A DNA stretch of 61,812 nucleotides, filler included, from Bipalium vagum (Eukaryota), in the NCBI GenBank assembly GCA_037834085.1. It is 3 parts of 3 records of this genome, joined end to end, with 100 filler letters (N's around TTAATTAATTAA, not from the genome) between each part and the next. Parts side by side here need not be neighbours in the genome. Positions count along the whole stretch, not along the records: positions 44,501 to 61,812 come from JBBMKC010071811.1; 2 more parts are not named here. One strand, written 5' to 3'. The position numbers were made by a program, and so were the translations under genes. The notes beneath the pieces are model-generated. The model was not told the DNA's origin, ran no database searches, and saw nothing but the letters and a program-made list of their open reading frames with translations. Every line of letters begins with the position of its first letter. Position 1 is the first letter of the stretch. Of the stretch, positions 48,720 to 61,812 are shown piece after piece.

Positions 48720-49330
48720 TTTTCGAGAGTATAATCCCGTATATAGACCGCAACCATAGATTATCAGTAACTAATTTTTTCACAAAACTTTTTTTAAGAT
48801 AGACCGCGGATTATCTAAACTCCAGATTTATACATTTTTGGTAATAATAAGTAATTTAATATCGATGAAGATATAGATCGTTGTTGTTATACAACAAAAA
48901 CGCGGAACACGTTTCATAGAGACTATTCTCAAAATCGTTCAATTTATGAAGGGCCCATTTAAGGAAATTTGATATTTTCCCCATTTAGAGGTTGGGTAAA
49001 ATTATTGAGTGACTGATTCCTAACTTCTTGGTAAGCATCCAGGCCGTTATACGTGAATATGTCTAGACCAAGATCTGTACTTTATCATTGTCAAATTCCG
49101 AGGTACATTCACGACCTGTACCTTTTTTTGAGGTTCACATATTCCCTTCTAAATGTTTTGAATCAATTTTGCACTGCGTGGACTTTTGTTGTATTCATAT
49201 AGAATGGTCTCGGCAACATTATTGCCTTATTTGAACTCGTACATTGTAATTTATGGTAATTTGTATTTTCTTCTACAGATAATATAAAATAGAAATTAGT
49301 AATAATAGCAAAGTAAAACAATTTCTGCGC
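48720..49330 (-). mobile_element. pogo/Tc2-like relic
   Basis: Repeated tatagaccgc-type subterminal motifs (48743, 48799) and a minus-strand TQPL motif remnant; badly decayed. Confidence 0.35.
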
Positions 49331-51444
49331 TTTCAAATGGTACATAAATGAATGCGTTCAAACATATCATTTTTCAAAAACTCTATTGTCAAGTTTGAAA
49401 TAATAAAAAATCAATTATTTTCTTACCCACGTAATACAAGGAGAACTAAAAAAAAGTTAATATAGCATAAAAATCAAATCATATTTTTGATTAAGTACCA
49501 ATTATGAAAAAATAAGCGAAAAATTTCATTTCCAAGTTAGTATTACCGTAGAACTGAAGTTTGTTCAAAATAAACATAATTTTTTCTAATTTCCTCTCAT
49601 TAAAGGCGGGGGTTGATCGGGTTTTATCAACAATTCCCGACCTTATTGGTTTTAGAATTAAGATAAACGTTAATCTCCACCTCCATTGTTCAAACTAAAT
49701 CACGAAACGGATGGTAAAATATCCTGTGATATGTGACCCTTCCTCATTCATTCCGACATTCGTTCACTGTCCAACTGAAACGCTTTTGATAATTTTGTTT
49801 TATTAAGCTCATTATTTCGGGAATGTTGAAAAGAAAAGATTGTTCTTGCTAAAAGTAACAGTTATAATTTAACTCTCAATCAAAGAAAAATTTATAATTT
49901 GTGTCAATAATTTTCGGGAAAATTACAAAAAATAATATTTTGAAATATTCCAAACTGGTTTGTTGACTTAGCTAATATTCCGTATGGACTTGAAACAGTT
50001 TTCTTTAATTTTCTGTCACAATTTTTTCATCATAGTAATTTGGCATACTATAGTCGATAATTTTCTCGGATTTTAGAAACGTTTTTTTTCCAACCGGAAA
50101 ACTGTTCCTCATAAATAATTAAAGTTCACTTTCACTTGTTGGTCTAACAGCTGATTGTAAATCGAATGAAAAGTATTTATCAATTATTTTCTGACATTTT
50201 TTAATTGTTTACGATAAATATTTAGCAGTAGACTTTTGTCTTTTGTAGAATGCCTAAATAGCTCATGCAGGCTATTTCCATAAAAATAAGTAGCTGTGTA
50301 GATCGATAGTTGGCAGGTTTCACAATGAGTTGCTCTCCCAATTAAGTCGTTGGGATGATTGTTTTGATTGTTGCAGATCAGTCTGTGTCGCTGTCTGTAA
50401 CTGACTGCGCTGAGTCACGCCATATTTTCGTTTCTGTGACTCTTCTAAAATCTTAATCATCCTTTCAGCTTGTGTGTGTATGTATTATGTGTTTCGGTGT
50501 ATGTATGTGCGCGCGTGTGTGTGTTTTTGAGTTTGTGTCCATTCTCACTAATTTTTAGGCTACATTGAATCATCGAAAAATACTTTTTCCATTGTAATTT
50601 TATCTGCAAGTACTTTTCATAGAAATAATGATATGCATTTTAGAAATTAAATGTTTAATAATTTATTTATGTTCAATGTAGACATTATTTAAATGGAGAA
50701 AAAATTATTTTTGTTGAAATTCGATTATTTACCTGTTTATGTAAATTATTAAAAGCACGTTTATTTATAAAATATTGAATTTTTAAAATTTTAGGCAAAT
50801 TTTTATTTCAACGGGATTTTTTTTATTATTTTCACATGAAATATTTTTCAAATTTACTTTTTAATCAATACATTATCACATGTTTCTCAGATATTTGTAG
50901 AATAACAAAAGATTTTCCATTGATTATTTTATTAAAGATCAGACCATAAATAATTTTATTTTTCTAAAAGTTTTGACAATAAACAAAACAAATTCTGATT
51001 CCACTCGTCATTGGATTATTATATTAAATCAATAAAATATTTTTCATGTTTTATAATAATTAATTATTTTGTTATGAGCACTGCAAACAAAATCATAAGA
51101 CCAAATAATCTATTTTACTCATTGAGTATAGTAATGGCATCAGTATGAAGGAAAAAGAGATGAATTTTTAAATGGAAGACAATAGGACCTTTTCAACAAT
51201 TTTTACGGATAGTTAGACTAAAAAAGAACTCTCTTATTAGAAGTTCAGTAGCTTTAAAAATACATATTTGGAACTAAAATAAATTAGGATCATGTATAGA
51301 GGAGCTTATTGAAAGTCTGCATTCAAATATTCAACTATTTATCGAAATTTATCGGAAAAGTAACAAATTGATAATTGTATTATTGTTATTATTTATGTAA
51401 TATTATATTATTGTTATTATTTATAATATAATATTATATTACTT

Positions 51445-52850
51445 GTTGAGCCCAATAAGTGTTGTTACCCGTATAGAAAAAACAATATAAAGTATATAAA
51501 ATTCTCACAAAATATAATTTTGTTTATATAGGTAAATTAATATCAATTGGCTTATTATATTAACCTGTTTTCATTTAAAAGCGAAAATTTTGAAATGAGT
51601 GTTGAAACAGTACAATATCGAAGTATCATAAGATTTCTTGTCATGAAGGGAATAAATAGCAATCAAATAGTTGCTGATTACCAAAAAGATTGCACATCCA
51701 AATATAATGAATTTCTGAATTGCAGGACACCTTTAAATGTGACTAAAGGCACACTTTACTCACTTCTAACATCTTGCGGTGCTCGAAATTATTTTCTCGA
51801 TTTGTAGCCTACTTTTTGAATTTTGAAATGCGATTACATGGTTTTGATATTTGATATTATATCGATGACAGAAATGGAGAGAATCTTTTGGATAATATCA
51901 TCACACAGCACGAAAAAAAACTGTATTTGTGTATACCAGAGTCTTAGCGAGAGTCGGAAATTGACTGGGGAGTTCAGTTCAAAGAAAATGTATTCAGCGC
52001 ACGTCTTAAAAATGCCCCAACACTGGGAATCGCTGAATGAATTCATGAAATTGTACATCAAAGTCAAATGGTGATTTGCGTTAACATTAATATTCTCAGA
52101 TAAATGGGGTCGTCATATTTTAAAAGAAAATTTGCATATAGAAAAATTATTTCAAAAAATGGCGCCATATTCTTTATCTATTCAACAAAATTTGTATAGG
52201 AAACAATTTTATGAATACCATTTGAATCTTTTTTAAAAAAAATAAAACGAATTTTATGTCGTTTCATAACTCTGGATAAAATTTGGATTTACTACCACGT
52301 TCCTAAATTAAAACGAAAACTTCTACAGCTGGATGTTCATTTCAAACTCAGATATAAAGAGTACAAACTGTAAAAAAAGACAATGCCGAAGCATTTGACT
52401 GATAGATTACAATGAAAAAAGAAAAACTAATAGCTTCGAGTGCTATTCAAGGTTATGAGACCAATTGTGTGCTATGATTCACTAAAAAAAGAAATGGCTT
52501 ACAGAAGAAAATAATTTTTAATGGAGGTAGTGTTCGGGCAAAAATAGGAGTATTAAATTATTATTTTCTGGAACAATCACCTGATTCCCAGCTTTGTCAC
52601 AAAGTGAATTCAATTTTTCGAGAAACCTAAAATAGTATCTCCAAAGGAAACGTTTTTCATCAAATGATGAAGTTATGTCAGCCGTAGTCTAATATTTTGT
52701 GAATTAGGCTTTAAACATGACATAGAATTACTGGAGAAAACTGGTCTAAATGAGTTGAATTGCTAGGAGACTGTGTTCAATAATAAAAACATTTTCAATT
52801 AAAAATCATTTTATTTCATTTTCATTTTCACAACTTTTCACCTATACTAT
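51445..52850 (+). mobile_element. Decayed mariner (irritans-like) carrying an internal inverted insertion
   Basis: MSVETVQYRSIIRFLVMKG, EFLNCRTPL, RFITLDKIWIYYHVP, YLQRKRFSSNDEVMSAV; many stops. Boundaries are approximate. Confidence 0.75.
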
Positions 52851-54939
52851 GTGATAATGGAATATCATGTATGTAAGAGGAGAAATGAGAAAATTTTGTG
52901 GAAGATATTTAATGAAGAGAATTTTAAACAATGAAACTAAGGCCTTAAGCGACCTATATGATCATATCAAGTTGAAATCTTTAATTTATTGAAAATCATT
53001 TTATCATTGGACCTATGATTTTGTCGTTGGAGAGAAAAACAGAATGTTTTATTATATTTTTATTTATGTTTGCTATTCATTGTAAAGGAAATAAATGTTA
53101 AAAAACACACTCATATATGTGATATAATTTATGGTTACTGCTCTCTCAATTTTGCCTTAGGTGTTGATTACTTTATTTTTATATGAATTATTGATTTCAT
53201 TACCGTACAGCAACAATAAAAGCCCCAGGGATCATTTGTTGTTGGAATATATTTCCCATTATTCACCTATAGAAAAAGAATATAATGAGACAATTTCTGT
53301 AAAAGAACCAATTCATTTGTTATTTTTCTTTTTGCCATTTTTATGAAATTGGAATTAAAATTTTATAATTCCCAACTCTTGGAGTTTTGTGAACTATTTC
53401 GAACAATGACAGAGGTTCAATTTTATAAAAATAAATTGTATCAAAACTGAATATAGTCAGAAAATGGATTTGACAATACAAAGTCATGAGATTGTTCATT
53501 ATTGAAGAATTGGTTACAATTGATAGGAAATCAGCTGTAACGTCAATCATATAAATAGGTGGGAGCAGGCCAGAGCAGATTCGATCATAACTGTCCCTAT
53601 GATTTTTTGATTTATCAATTTATTATTGTTAAAAATAAAAAAACAATAAAAAACAATTAGTTTTTATCAAAACGTTAACTTTCAATGTTACATTTCTATA
53701 CTTTCTCCCTGGAGTTCTAATTTTCCGTTAATGATGTCAATCAAAATAAGGGAGTGAAATACTTCAAAAAGGACCTACAATAAATAAGAGAAATAAAATT
53801 CTTAATATATAAAGTCTGAGTCTTTAACGTAATTTCTTTTATGACACTCGCGTATAATATTATTTTTCATTAATATTTACAGCGTTTGAAATGATGTCAA
53901 GTCAGAATAATGACAGGAACAACTTCATATCAAATGATAAGTATTGACTTAATAATATAAATAATACCTACTAGTATAGAATAGAATAAATGTATTGTAA
54001 AAGATAAACATATGTACACTAGGAATGATCTTTACTCAAAGGTCTTGGTATTATATCAAAAGGTTTAAGGATATATAATGTACAATACGATCTATGAAAT
54101 TAATGTGTAGTCCAAATTCGTTCACAGTTGTCAATCGGAAATTATGAAAATATAATTATAAAAACATTTTTGTGAGAAAAAGAAAATTCTCAACTGTGGA
54201 TATTAATTTAATAAGTCAGTTGTCATATCTTAAGCAGGGCGAAGCAAACGAAATTGTTATTTAATTTAATCAAATTTTAACTTATTTAAAAATATTTTTA
54301 ATTTAAGAAAAAAGATTTCGACTTTTCATATGAAATAATTTTTTTATCACATGAAAAAAATAACAAACAAAATATCAAACCGAAAATCTTTTTAAAATTT
54401 GTTTAAATGATTTATTATTTTTTTGTATTTTTAAAAAAGATTTTATCAAACTGACAATTATGAAATTATTTTTTTGTAAATTTCAATGTTATTTAAAAGT
54501 AAATAGCTATTTTTTTAAAAATTTAATTTATCATAATATCGAAAAATATATTCATAATAAATAAATAAAAAAAAATACTTTTTTGATCCATAATTCAAGA
54601 ATNNNNNNNNNNNNNNNNNNNNNNNNNNNNNNNNNNNNNNNNNNNNNNNNNNNNNNNNNNNNNNNNNNNNNNNNNNNNNNNNNNNNNNNNNNNNNNNNNN
54701 NNNNNNNNNNNNNNNNNNNNNNNNNNNNNNNNNNNNNNNNNNNNNNNNNNNNNNNNNNNNNCGATGTATTTTTCGAAATTCTAATATTATTATTATTAGA
54801 GAAACCCATAGATCATTTCGTTATAATCAGAAGATGCAGAGTTAATAGGATTTACTATCTTTATATCTATTAAATGCATGAAATCTATAAATCGTTAATC
54901 CATTTTTTGCGTACTTATGAATTTAGAAATATGAATTTA

Positions 54940-55560
54940 GAAATTAGAGAAATGGCAGAAAATAAATATAAAACTAAAGAGGAGCACAGTAGACGTGCTC
55001 CAGTATAATTTTTGTCACAATGCAATGACAAAATCCAATTAACTCTGTCCAGATTCCTTAGATGTTCATAGGTATCAATGATGGTTTAACAAATTTCGGA
55101 GAGATAATGCTGACCTTCAAAATTCGCAGAGAAGAGATCGTCTAGTTCAATTCAGAGAAGCAACAAAAAATTGTTTTGAAAGCCAAATATCTATGAATGA
55201 AAATATCTTTTATGTATTTGATGGAAAATTTATTGTGTGGTATACTTTGGAATACTTTTAACCTGAAAACCATTACTGCACAACATTATTGTGATCAGAT
55301 TGACAGATTGAAAACAGGTATACAGTAAAACACTCAGTTCTTCTCAATAGAAAAAATATTATCCTCCATCATGACAATGCCTGACTCAATGTTACAAAGA
55401 TAAATAGAGAAAAATTAAGGAGTTTGTATTTTTACACATCACCGATACTCACCTGATCTTGATCCGTTACAGAAATTTCTAAATTTAAAATTTAAATTTT
55501 TGTGAGGATGTGAAAAATCTCTTGATTGAGTATTCTTCAATGTTCTACACAAAGTCTGTT
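54940..55560 (+). mobile_element. Internally deleted mariner relic
   Basis: WFNKFRRDN, LHHDNA (~55363), PYSPDL-like (~55441). Confidence 0.65.
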
Positions 55561-55854
55561 ATAAAAATCAAAATCAATTTAGTTAAATAGACTCAAGTTC
55601 CTTAGGTTAGGATTTGTATAAAGATGTGAGAATAAAGTAAAATATAATGTTAATAATATCCATAATCATAATAATAAAAATAATATTAATTATCAGGTTG
55701 TTGAATTGGAAATGTCGTTTATAGAAATTGTAATTTGTTTTGTTAAAACAATTTGTTTATCAAATACATTTGTATTTATTTTTAAACCAAATTTATTTTA
55801 ATGCACTTTTTGATATAAAGTTTAATATATGTTTTAAATTTTTAAAATATTTTA

Positions 55855-56160
55855 GATCAGGCATGAATGATAAAAAATATTGTATACGTAAAGTCCTTTA
55901 GAAGAAAATTTAAAAATTGAAATGGGAAGCTCTTCCTCATCCATCATACTGCACGATCATTGGACTCTACGACTAATACTTGTTCCTGTCCATGCAAAGT
56001 GTTTTGGCTAGAAAGAAATTTAAAAACTGACACGAGATCGAAATTTGGGTGTCCAACATCGTCAACTCGCGACAGACAGATTTCTTTAAGAAGAACATTT
56101 ATTTTTTACGTGAACGTTTATGAAAGGTTATTGATCTTTGTGGAGATTATATATTGGATA
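55855..56160 (+). mobile_element. mariner 3' fragment
   Basis: KLKWEALPHPSY followed by degenerate APSDY.LF and C-terminal G.Y motifs. Confidence 0.55.
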
Positions 56161-57489
56161 TCTTATTGTTTTTTTATAATATATAATCTTTTTTGAAAAA
56201 AATTGCCATTTCTAATCCGACATCCGAATAATATTGTTTATAATAATAACTCTGATAATAGTAATAATAATAAAAATAAAATATTTTCTTTCTATAACAA
56301 CTGTTAGTTACCGCAACCGTATCTATATTATTAAAATTCATTAAGGCAGAGTTGGACAAAATATTTATTGACGAAAATAATTGAATAATAAAAGTGCTTC
56401 TTCTTTATTTAATATTTAAACAAATTATTTAATTTTTGATAAATTAATAATTTCTTTCCGTTTGAAAGTCAATCGGTTCTAAAATTAATAATGATGAAAT
56501 TCTGGTTTATTTGAATCTAAGGCTCGTAAATTCGAGTTGACTTATAATTGTACTTATCACATATTTACATTGATTGATGGTCTTCAGAGTTGGGCTTACA
56601 ATTGCTTAGGGTTAACGGGTATAATTTTAGACCCTAGTGACTTTCAAGAGGAATTTAACTTAGCGAGTGCCAAACATTACGGTTTTATTTTGTTTGTGTT
56701 CAATTCAGTCATCTATAGTGTATATTCATTTTGTAGTTGAAGTAGTTGGATTCAGATATTGAGAACAGTTCATTTGCAAATAGAGATATATTTATTGTTT
56801 TCTTCTGTTTTTTTGATTTTATATTGTTGTAAATTGAATAATAATTTTTTGGACTTACGATTATTATCAAATTATTCAATGTTCATCACCAATTTCTTTA
56901 TCAAAACTCAAAATCAATTTACATTTACAGTAGTTAAATATACAGGACGAAAATAAAGCGGAGTAAAATAAAAAAAATAAGTTATCCAAATAAAACTCCA
57001 CTGACTTTTACATCGAATGCCCCTTGATTCGCCAAAGAAACAAATTTTAATTCTAAAATAATTCTGGTACGATTTACCATTTTATCTTCTAAATGATTCT
57101 CGGGTCAACAGGAAACTCTGTGAATTTCTTATATATGAACTCATAGAGCTCCTGATTTGTTCGCCCGGTCAGAGGCTGTTGCCGTTGCTAACTGTTGTCT
57201 ATACCCAATGCTGCCTCACAGGAAGTAATCCCTGATGGTAGTAGTATTAACTACCATTAATCTGTCCAAAGAATCGATGAAGCTGAGCTGCAAAGGTATT
57301 TAAAATATTATTTTAATTATTAACATTTCTATTATTATAATACATTTATTTTTTCATATTATTACTACTTTTAATTAATATTTTTATTATATGTATTGAC
57401 ATAATTATTATGAATATTTATTATTATTATTTATATTAATAATATTCATTTTATTTATTATAATTGTTCTCATTCCGGGACAAATTACA

Positions 57490-57900
57490 ATATTTTTTCA
57501 AGGGAATTCCTGAAAGTGTAGCTATTATTGCCGGTATATATTTCCAACAAATCGATAAAACGTGCCGTTATGAGTCATTCTTCAGTAAGGTAATGATATG
57601 CCGCATTGTAATTGTATTGTAATTCTATTGCATCCAGTATTTAATTCTAATCTAGCCCCATCAAATTTCCACTTATTTCGATCATTATTGACTTTCTTGA
57701 AAGAAAGAAATTTCTAGATCTCAATGATATTTAAAAAGAATGTCCTGATTTTTAATCCATGTACACCCAATTTGAGATGACCCGCCTTGCTGAAAGATTG
57801 TTGAAAACAATTGAGAATGATTAATTGTATTTAATGAGTAAAATTCATTCTCATAATTTATAATGATTTTAAACTATAAATTATAGAAACTTATGGCCAT
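57490..57900 (+). mobile_element. mariner 3' fragment
   Basis: LLHPVFNSNLAPSNFHLFRSLLTFLKERNF (cf. HPPYSPDLAPSDFHLFRSL). Confidence 0.6.
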
Positions 57901-60199
57901 TGAAATATATATACATAGCCATATAATATACCATCTTGTTCAAAAGGATTTTTTATCTTCATTCTTTTATTTTATAACATTTTCCTAGGTCTCTTATCAC
58001 TTTATTTTCTTTTTATTTCCATTTTTTATTTATTATAAAATTACAACAGTTCTTGAACTATTAAATAATAAATTTTAACAAAAATTAACACTTTAGATCA
58101 TTAATAGCGTAATATTTCATCAATATTTTCATTTTCATCAAATTAATTTTAAGGTACCCTTGAAAGCAACACCAACAATAGAAAATAACTAAATAGTTTT
58201 TAGAAAACCCAATGGCATTCTACCATTCTAAAATTGTCTACTGCAAGAAATCCATTCCCCTCCTTATTCTTAAGAAAAACACATCTGGTTTCGTTAAATA
58301 TCGATTAAAAGACCGGAGAAAGCATTCTTGGTTCTTGACTTTTAATGTTTAATATTCTTCCCAGTAAAGTAATATATATTAGAAAAAGACAGTAAACCAG
58401 ATCAATAATAAAATGTATTATATAAAACAGCCAACAGGCAAAAAATTAAACAATAAAACATAATAAAAAATGTTTACCATGTTATAAAATACATTAAAAC
58501 AAGTTTATGGGTCCGGATGTTGTGAACCGAATGAAATATACAGACTAAATGACAGCAATTCTAAGAAACAACGGTATTCAATTTTAAATATGTATATATC
58601 ACAACATCGAAAACAATAAAATCAATAAATCAATATTTTCTTTTTTCCCGAAATCGAAATAAAAATCAATAACTGATGACTACAGAAATGAATCTCGATC
58701 TATATCAAAGAAGCGTTTAGGTATATTATATCTTGAATTGGAAAAAAAATTAAGGGTTATCATAGATTACAAATTATAAAAGTAAGGATCTATCTACGAA
58801 TAACATCTACAAACGATAGAAATATCAAAAAGGCACGACACCCATTATTAAGACTTCGGCTGGTTCCTTTACAAACCATCTCTGAAATACCAAGGTCGGT
58901 TAGTGCACTATGANNNNNNNNNNNNNNNNNNNNNNNNNNNNNNNNNNNNNNNNNNNNNNNNNNNNNNNNNNNNNNNNNNNNNNNNNNNNNNNNNNNNNNN
59001 NNNNNNNNNNNNNNNNNNNNNNNNNNNNNNNNNNNNNNNNNNNNNNNATTTGTATTATGAATTGTTTTAAAATGTGAAAGATTGAATATTTTATTCCTTT
59101 GGTTATTTGGGTTAAAAAATTAATTTGATAATTAAAAATAAATCTTGTTTTCTTTTTTATATTGATTTTAATTTTACCTTTGAATACTGCAATTCCTACA
59201 GAAATCCTTTAAACTGAGCCGAAAGTAATTTTTAATCAAAAGGAAAATATTACAGCGCTCTCTTTGATCTTTGATATAGTAATAAAAATATTATCAATAA
59301 TCAGTTCTCTGAATTATGAGGCGTTTGTAAACATCATTGCAACTAATCGATTACATGTGATCATAACTGAAAGTTATTTTATGTAAAGAGTCTACGTAAG
59401 TTCTCTCTGAATTGAAATTTTAGTACTTAAATTAAGAACATCGAGATAACCTTCCCTCATTATTGTTGGAAGGTTTTTGCTATTTCAGTACGCCTCATGG
59501 GTCATGGGTCATTTAATCTTTGCTCTGTTATACTTTATTAGTTCTTTATAGGTAACGAAAAATTTATAGGAAATAATCGTTTTGGGAATTTTTTTAATTA
59601 ATACATTATTTGGTGAAAATCGAAATATAAAACAAATTTAATTATTTTAAAATTTATGTGAATGATTTATAATTCTATTTTAATATCATAGGGTTAGCTT
59701 TATTTACTTATTGCATGGTCCTCCAGCTTGAGTTGTGTCAAGGCAATTGTCTGGTCAAATAATAATATAAGATACAGTGGTTCAGTGAGAAGTCTTATCA
59801 CACTTACGATACTCTTATGATCTGATTAGATCCGGATGTTGCCGGTGTCAGTATAACTTGCTGAATTTAGAATTTTCAGGATTCTATTGAAATAAAATCG
59901 CTAGTGGGATATAAGGATCTAGGTTATTCATTAATTAAAAAGCTTCGACGAAATGATAAGTTTGAGAATCTAAATACTGAAACCTATAGGAAGCTTTTGT
60001 AAAAAATTTCATAAAAGATTGGAAAGTTTTACTTGGGAAAATCTGTGTTATTATTCCGGAAAATCGGAATTTTATGCAAAGTGCGTCTACAAACTTCTTC
60101 CTTGTTGGCTATAGTGTAATTAATCGAATAAATCTTATTTCGATTAACTTGTTTTATTAAAAAAATATATTTATTCATTAAATTATTATTTTTGGAAAA

Positions 60200-60836
60200 A
60201 AGTAATATATTTCTGGTGACTATTATACCGATCATGCTGTTTAATACAGCAGTCAGCAAATCTTTCGTTTTTCAAACGTTTGACTTGTATTCTACCATCG
60301 TTGAAATCTAGCGAGAAACGGGATTCATCTGTCCATAATACAGATCTCCATTGTTCATTACTCCATTCTAGATGTTCCTTTGGCCAGGCTAAACGATTTT
60401 TGCGATGTGTAAGAGTTAGTATAATTCTCACAACTGCGCGATACGAACGATATCCTGCTTTAATAATCCTGCACATGGCCGTCTCTTTTGAGCATTTGAC
60501 ATTATTTTCTATCTTTCATTCTCTGGCTATATGTGTCGTTGATTTGAACCTGTTTCTCTTAACCTTCGATATCAAATTGGCATCTTGTCTTGCACTTGAT
60601 ATTTTTGGACTTCCAGATCCATTTTGGCGATCAATATTTTCTTGATCAAATATGTTTAGTTGGATCACTGAAACCAAATGTTAACATAATATTAAGAGTA
60701 TTTTGAATTATTAAAAATATTTGAATTACTTATTATTGATATCTATTAAATTCCAACGATTATATATAAATTGAAATTATATTTAAATAAAAATGTTTTA
60801 AAATTTTTTTGTATTACTTTTTTGTGGAGGAGTATA
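60200..60836 (-). mobile_element. Tc1-like transposon, 5' half
   Basis: GSGSPK.S.ARQD, LT..HRKNRLAW.KEHLEWSNEQWRSVLWTDESRFSL..NDG; TIR-like end at ~60815-60836; truncated after the first catalytic Asp. Confidence 0.8.
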
Positions 60837-61403
60837 TTTTCTATACTTATGGTAATAAATGTTGTTCTCGAAATCTTTCATATCATCTACAGGTCTTCTT
60901 TAATATAAAATAGTTAGTTTCCATATATATATATATATATATATAATTTTTGAATTTTAAAGGTTGACAAAGACAGCATTCTAAAAAGTATAACATTCTT
61001 GAACATTAAATTAATTTATAGATTCGTGTCATGAAAGGTACAATGCATAATGTTAAATGCAGATGTACATTAGAGCTAATTATTTTCAATGTAGGTTTGT
61101 ATTAGAGATGAGCTTCGAAATTCGTATTAAAAATCAAAATTTAATAAATCGGTATCTCAATTGTTCAATATTTAGTGTATAGATTTTTACGTGACTACGA
61201 CTCTTAGGTGATGCAAAAAACAACAATCAGTAAATCAATAACTTGTATTTATATTACAATAATTCACACAATATCACAATGATAACAGTTACACAAAATC
61301 GCCAAACTGAATGAAGGGATCACAATAATGTCTCAAATGTTTTGGGTACTATTCAATCGAATCAATCAAAACAGATTGTTAATTGAAGATCTATCTTTTA
61401 ATA

Positions 61404-61812
61404 CAGGATGTCCCATAAGTCCCGGTGGAAAGTAAACTTAATATCTTTCATTAAATTCAATCGATTGAAATTTCTATTTATATAATATCAAAATATGTAA
61501 GTCTAAGTTTTGTTTTAATATTTAAAAATTAGATTTAGCAAGTGCTGCTTGCTTGCTTGAAGTTAAGAATCTAAATTGTACTTTTAATGGTAAAATTCAA
61601 CTCAATTTGTATTGTTAAGCAGAAATTGAATGCCGAATTTTTGAAAACCTCACCAAGTGAAAGTGCTATTAGAGAGACTTTTCATCGTTTTTGTGAGATT
61701 GCTTCAGTTTCCAGATCGTGAATGTTCTGTAAGATCAAGGCTGATCACTGAAAATGAAGTTCAGAAAATGAGTGAAGTTATTGAAAGTGACCCACAATGC
61801 AGTGTTCGATCT
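61404..61812 (+). mobile_element. Start of another DD41D-like element, cut by the window end
   Basis: TA|caggatgtccca TIR-like start; decayed HTH region PSESAIRE.F.RF..., ENEVQKMSEVIESDPQCSVR. Confidence 0.55.

Noticed and set aside
58670-58715. Minimal hammerhead ribozyme (CTGATGA-ctaca-GAAA); similar motif at ~3079
   Set aside because: Helix I cannot form and helix III is mismatched.

Overview
This is very AT-rich eukaryotic (animal) genomic DNA from a draft scaffold with four gaps, two of which are artificial 44N-TTAATTAATTAA-44N spacers. It uses the standard genetic code and GT-AG introns. Intron sizes are bimodal: about 30-51 nt, or 0.3-4.7 kb and usually containing transposon relics. 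A flatworm/planarian-like host is my inference from base composition, intron sizes and mariner load; it is not proven. I spliced five protein-coding genes by hand with consistent exon phases: onecut (+), plastin/fimbrin (-), VPS35L/C16orf62 (-), a BTB-BACK (BTBD17-like) gene (+, head-to-head with VPS35L) and SCAP (-, interrupted by a gap). Introns and the last 16 kb hold decayed Tc1/mariner elements (DD34D, DD34E, DD37E-like, DD41D), a Chapaev3-like element, and Penelope-like and pogo-like relics. I found no clearly new multi-gene system. The best leads are: (1) a SCAP with no visible luminal loop 1 and a degenerate YIYF motif; (2) a tRNA-Ala-derived unit with intact Pol III boxes, a perfectly palindromic anticodon arm and exact 7-bp flanking repeats; (3) candidate cassette exons and a microexon in the onecut CUT-homeodomain linker; (4) a plastin with dead EF-hands.
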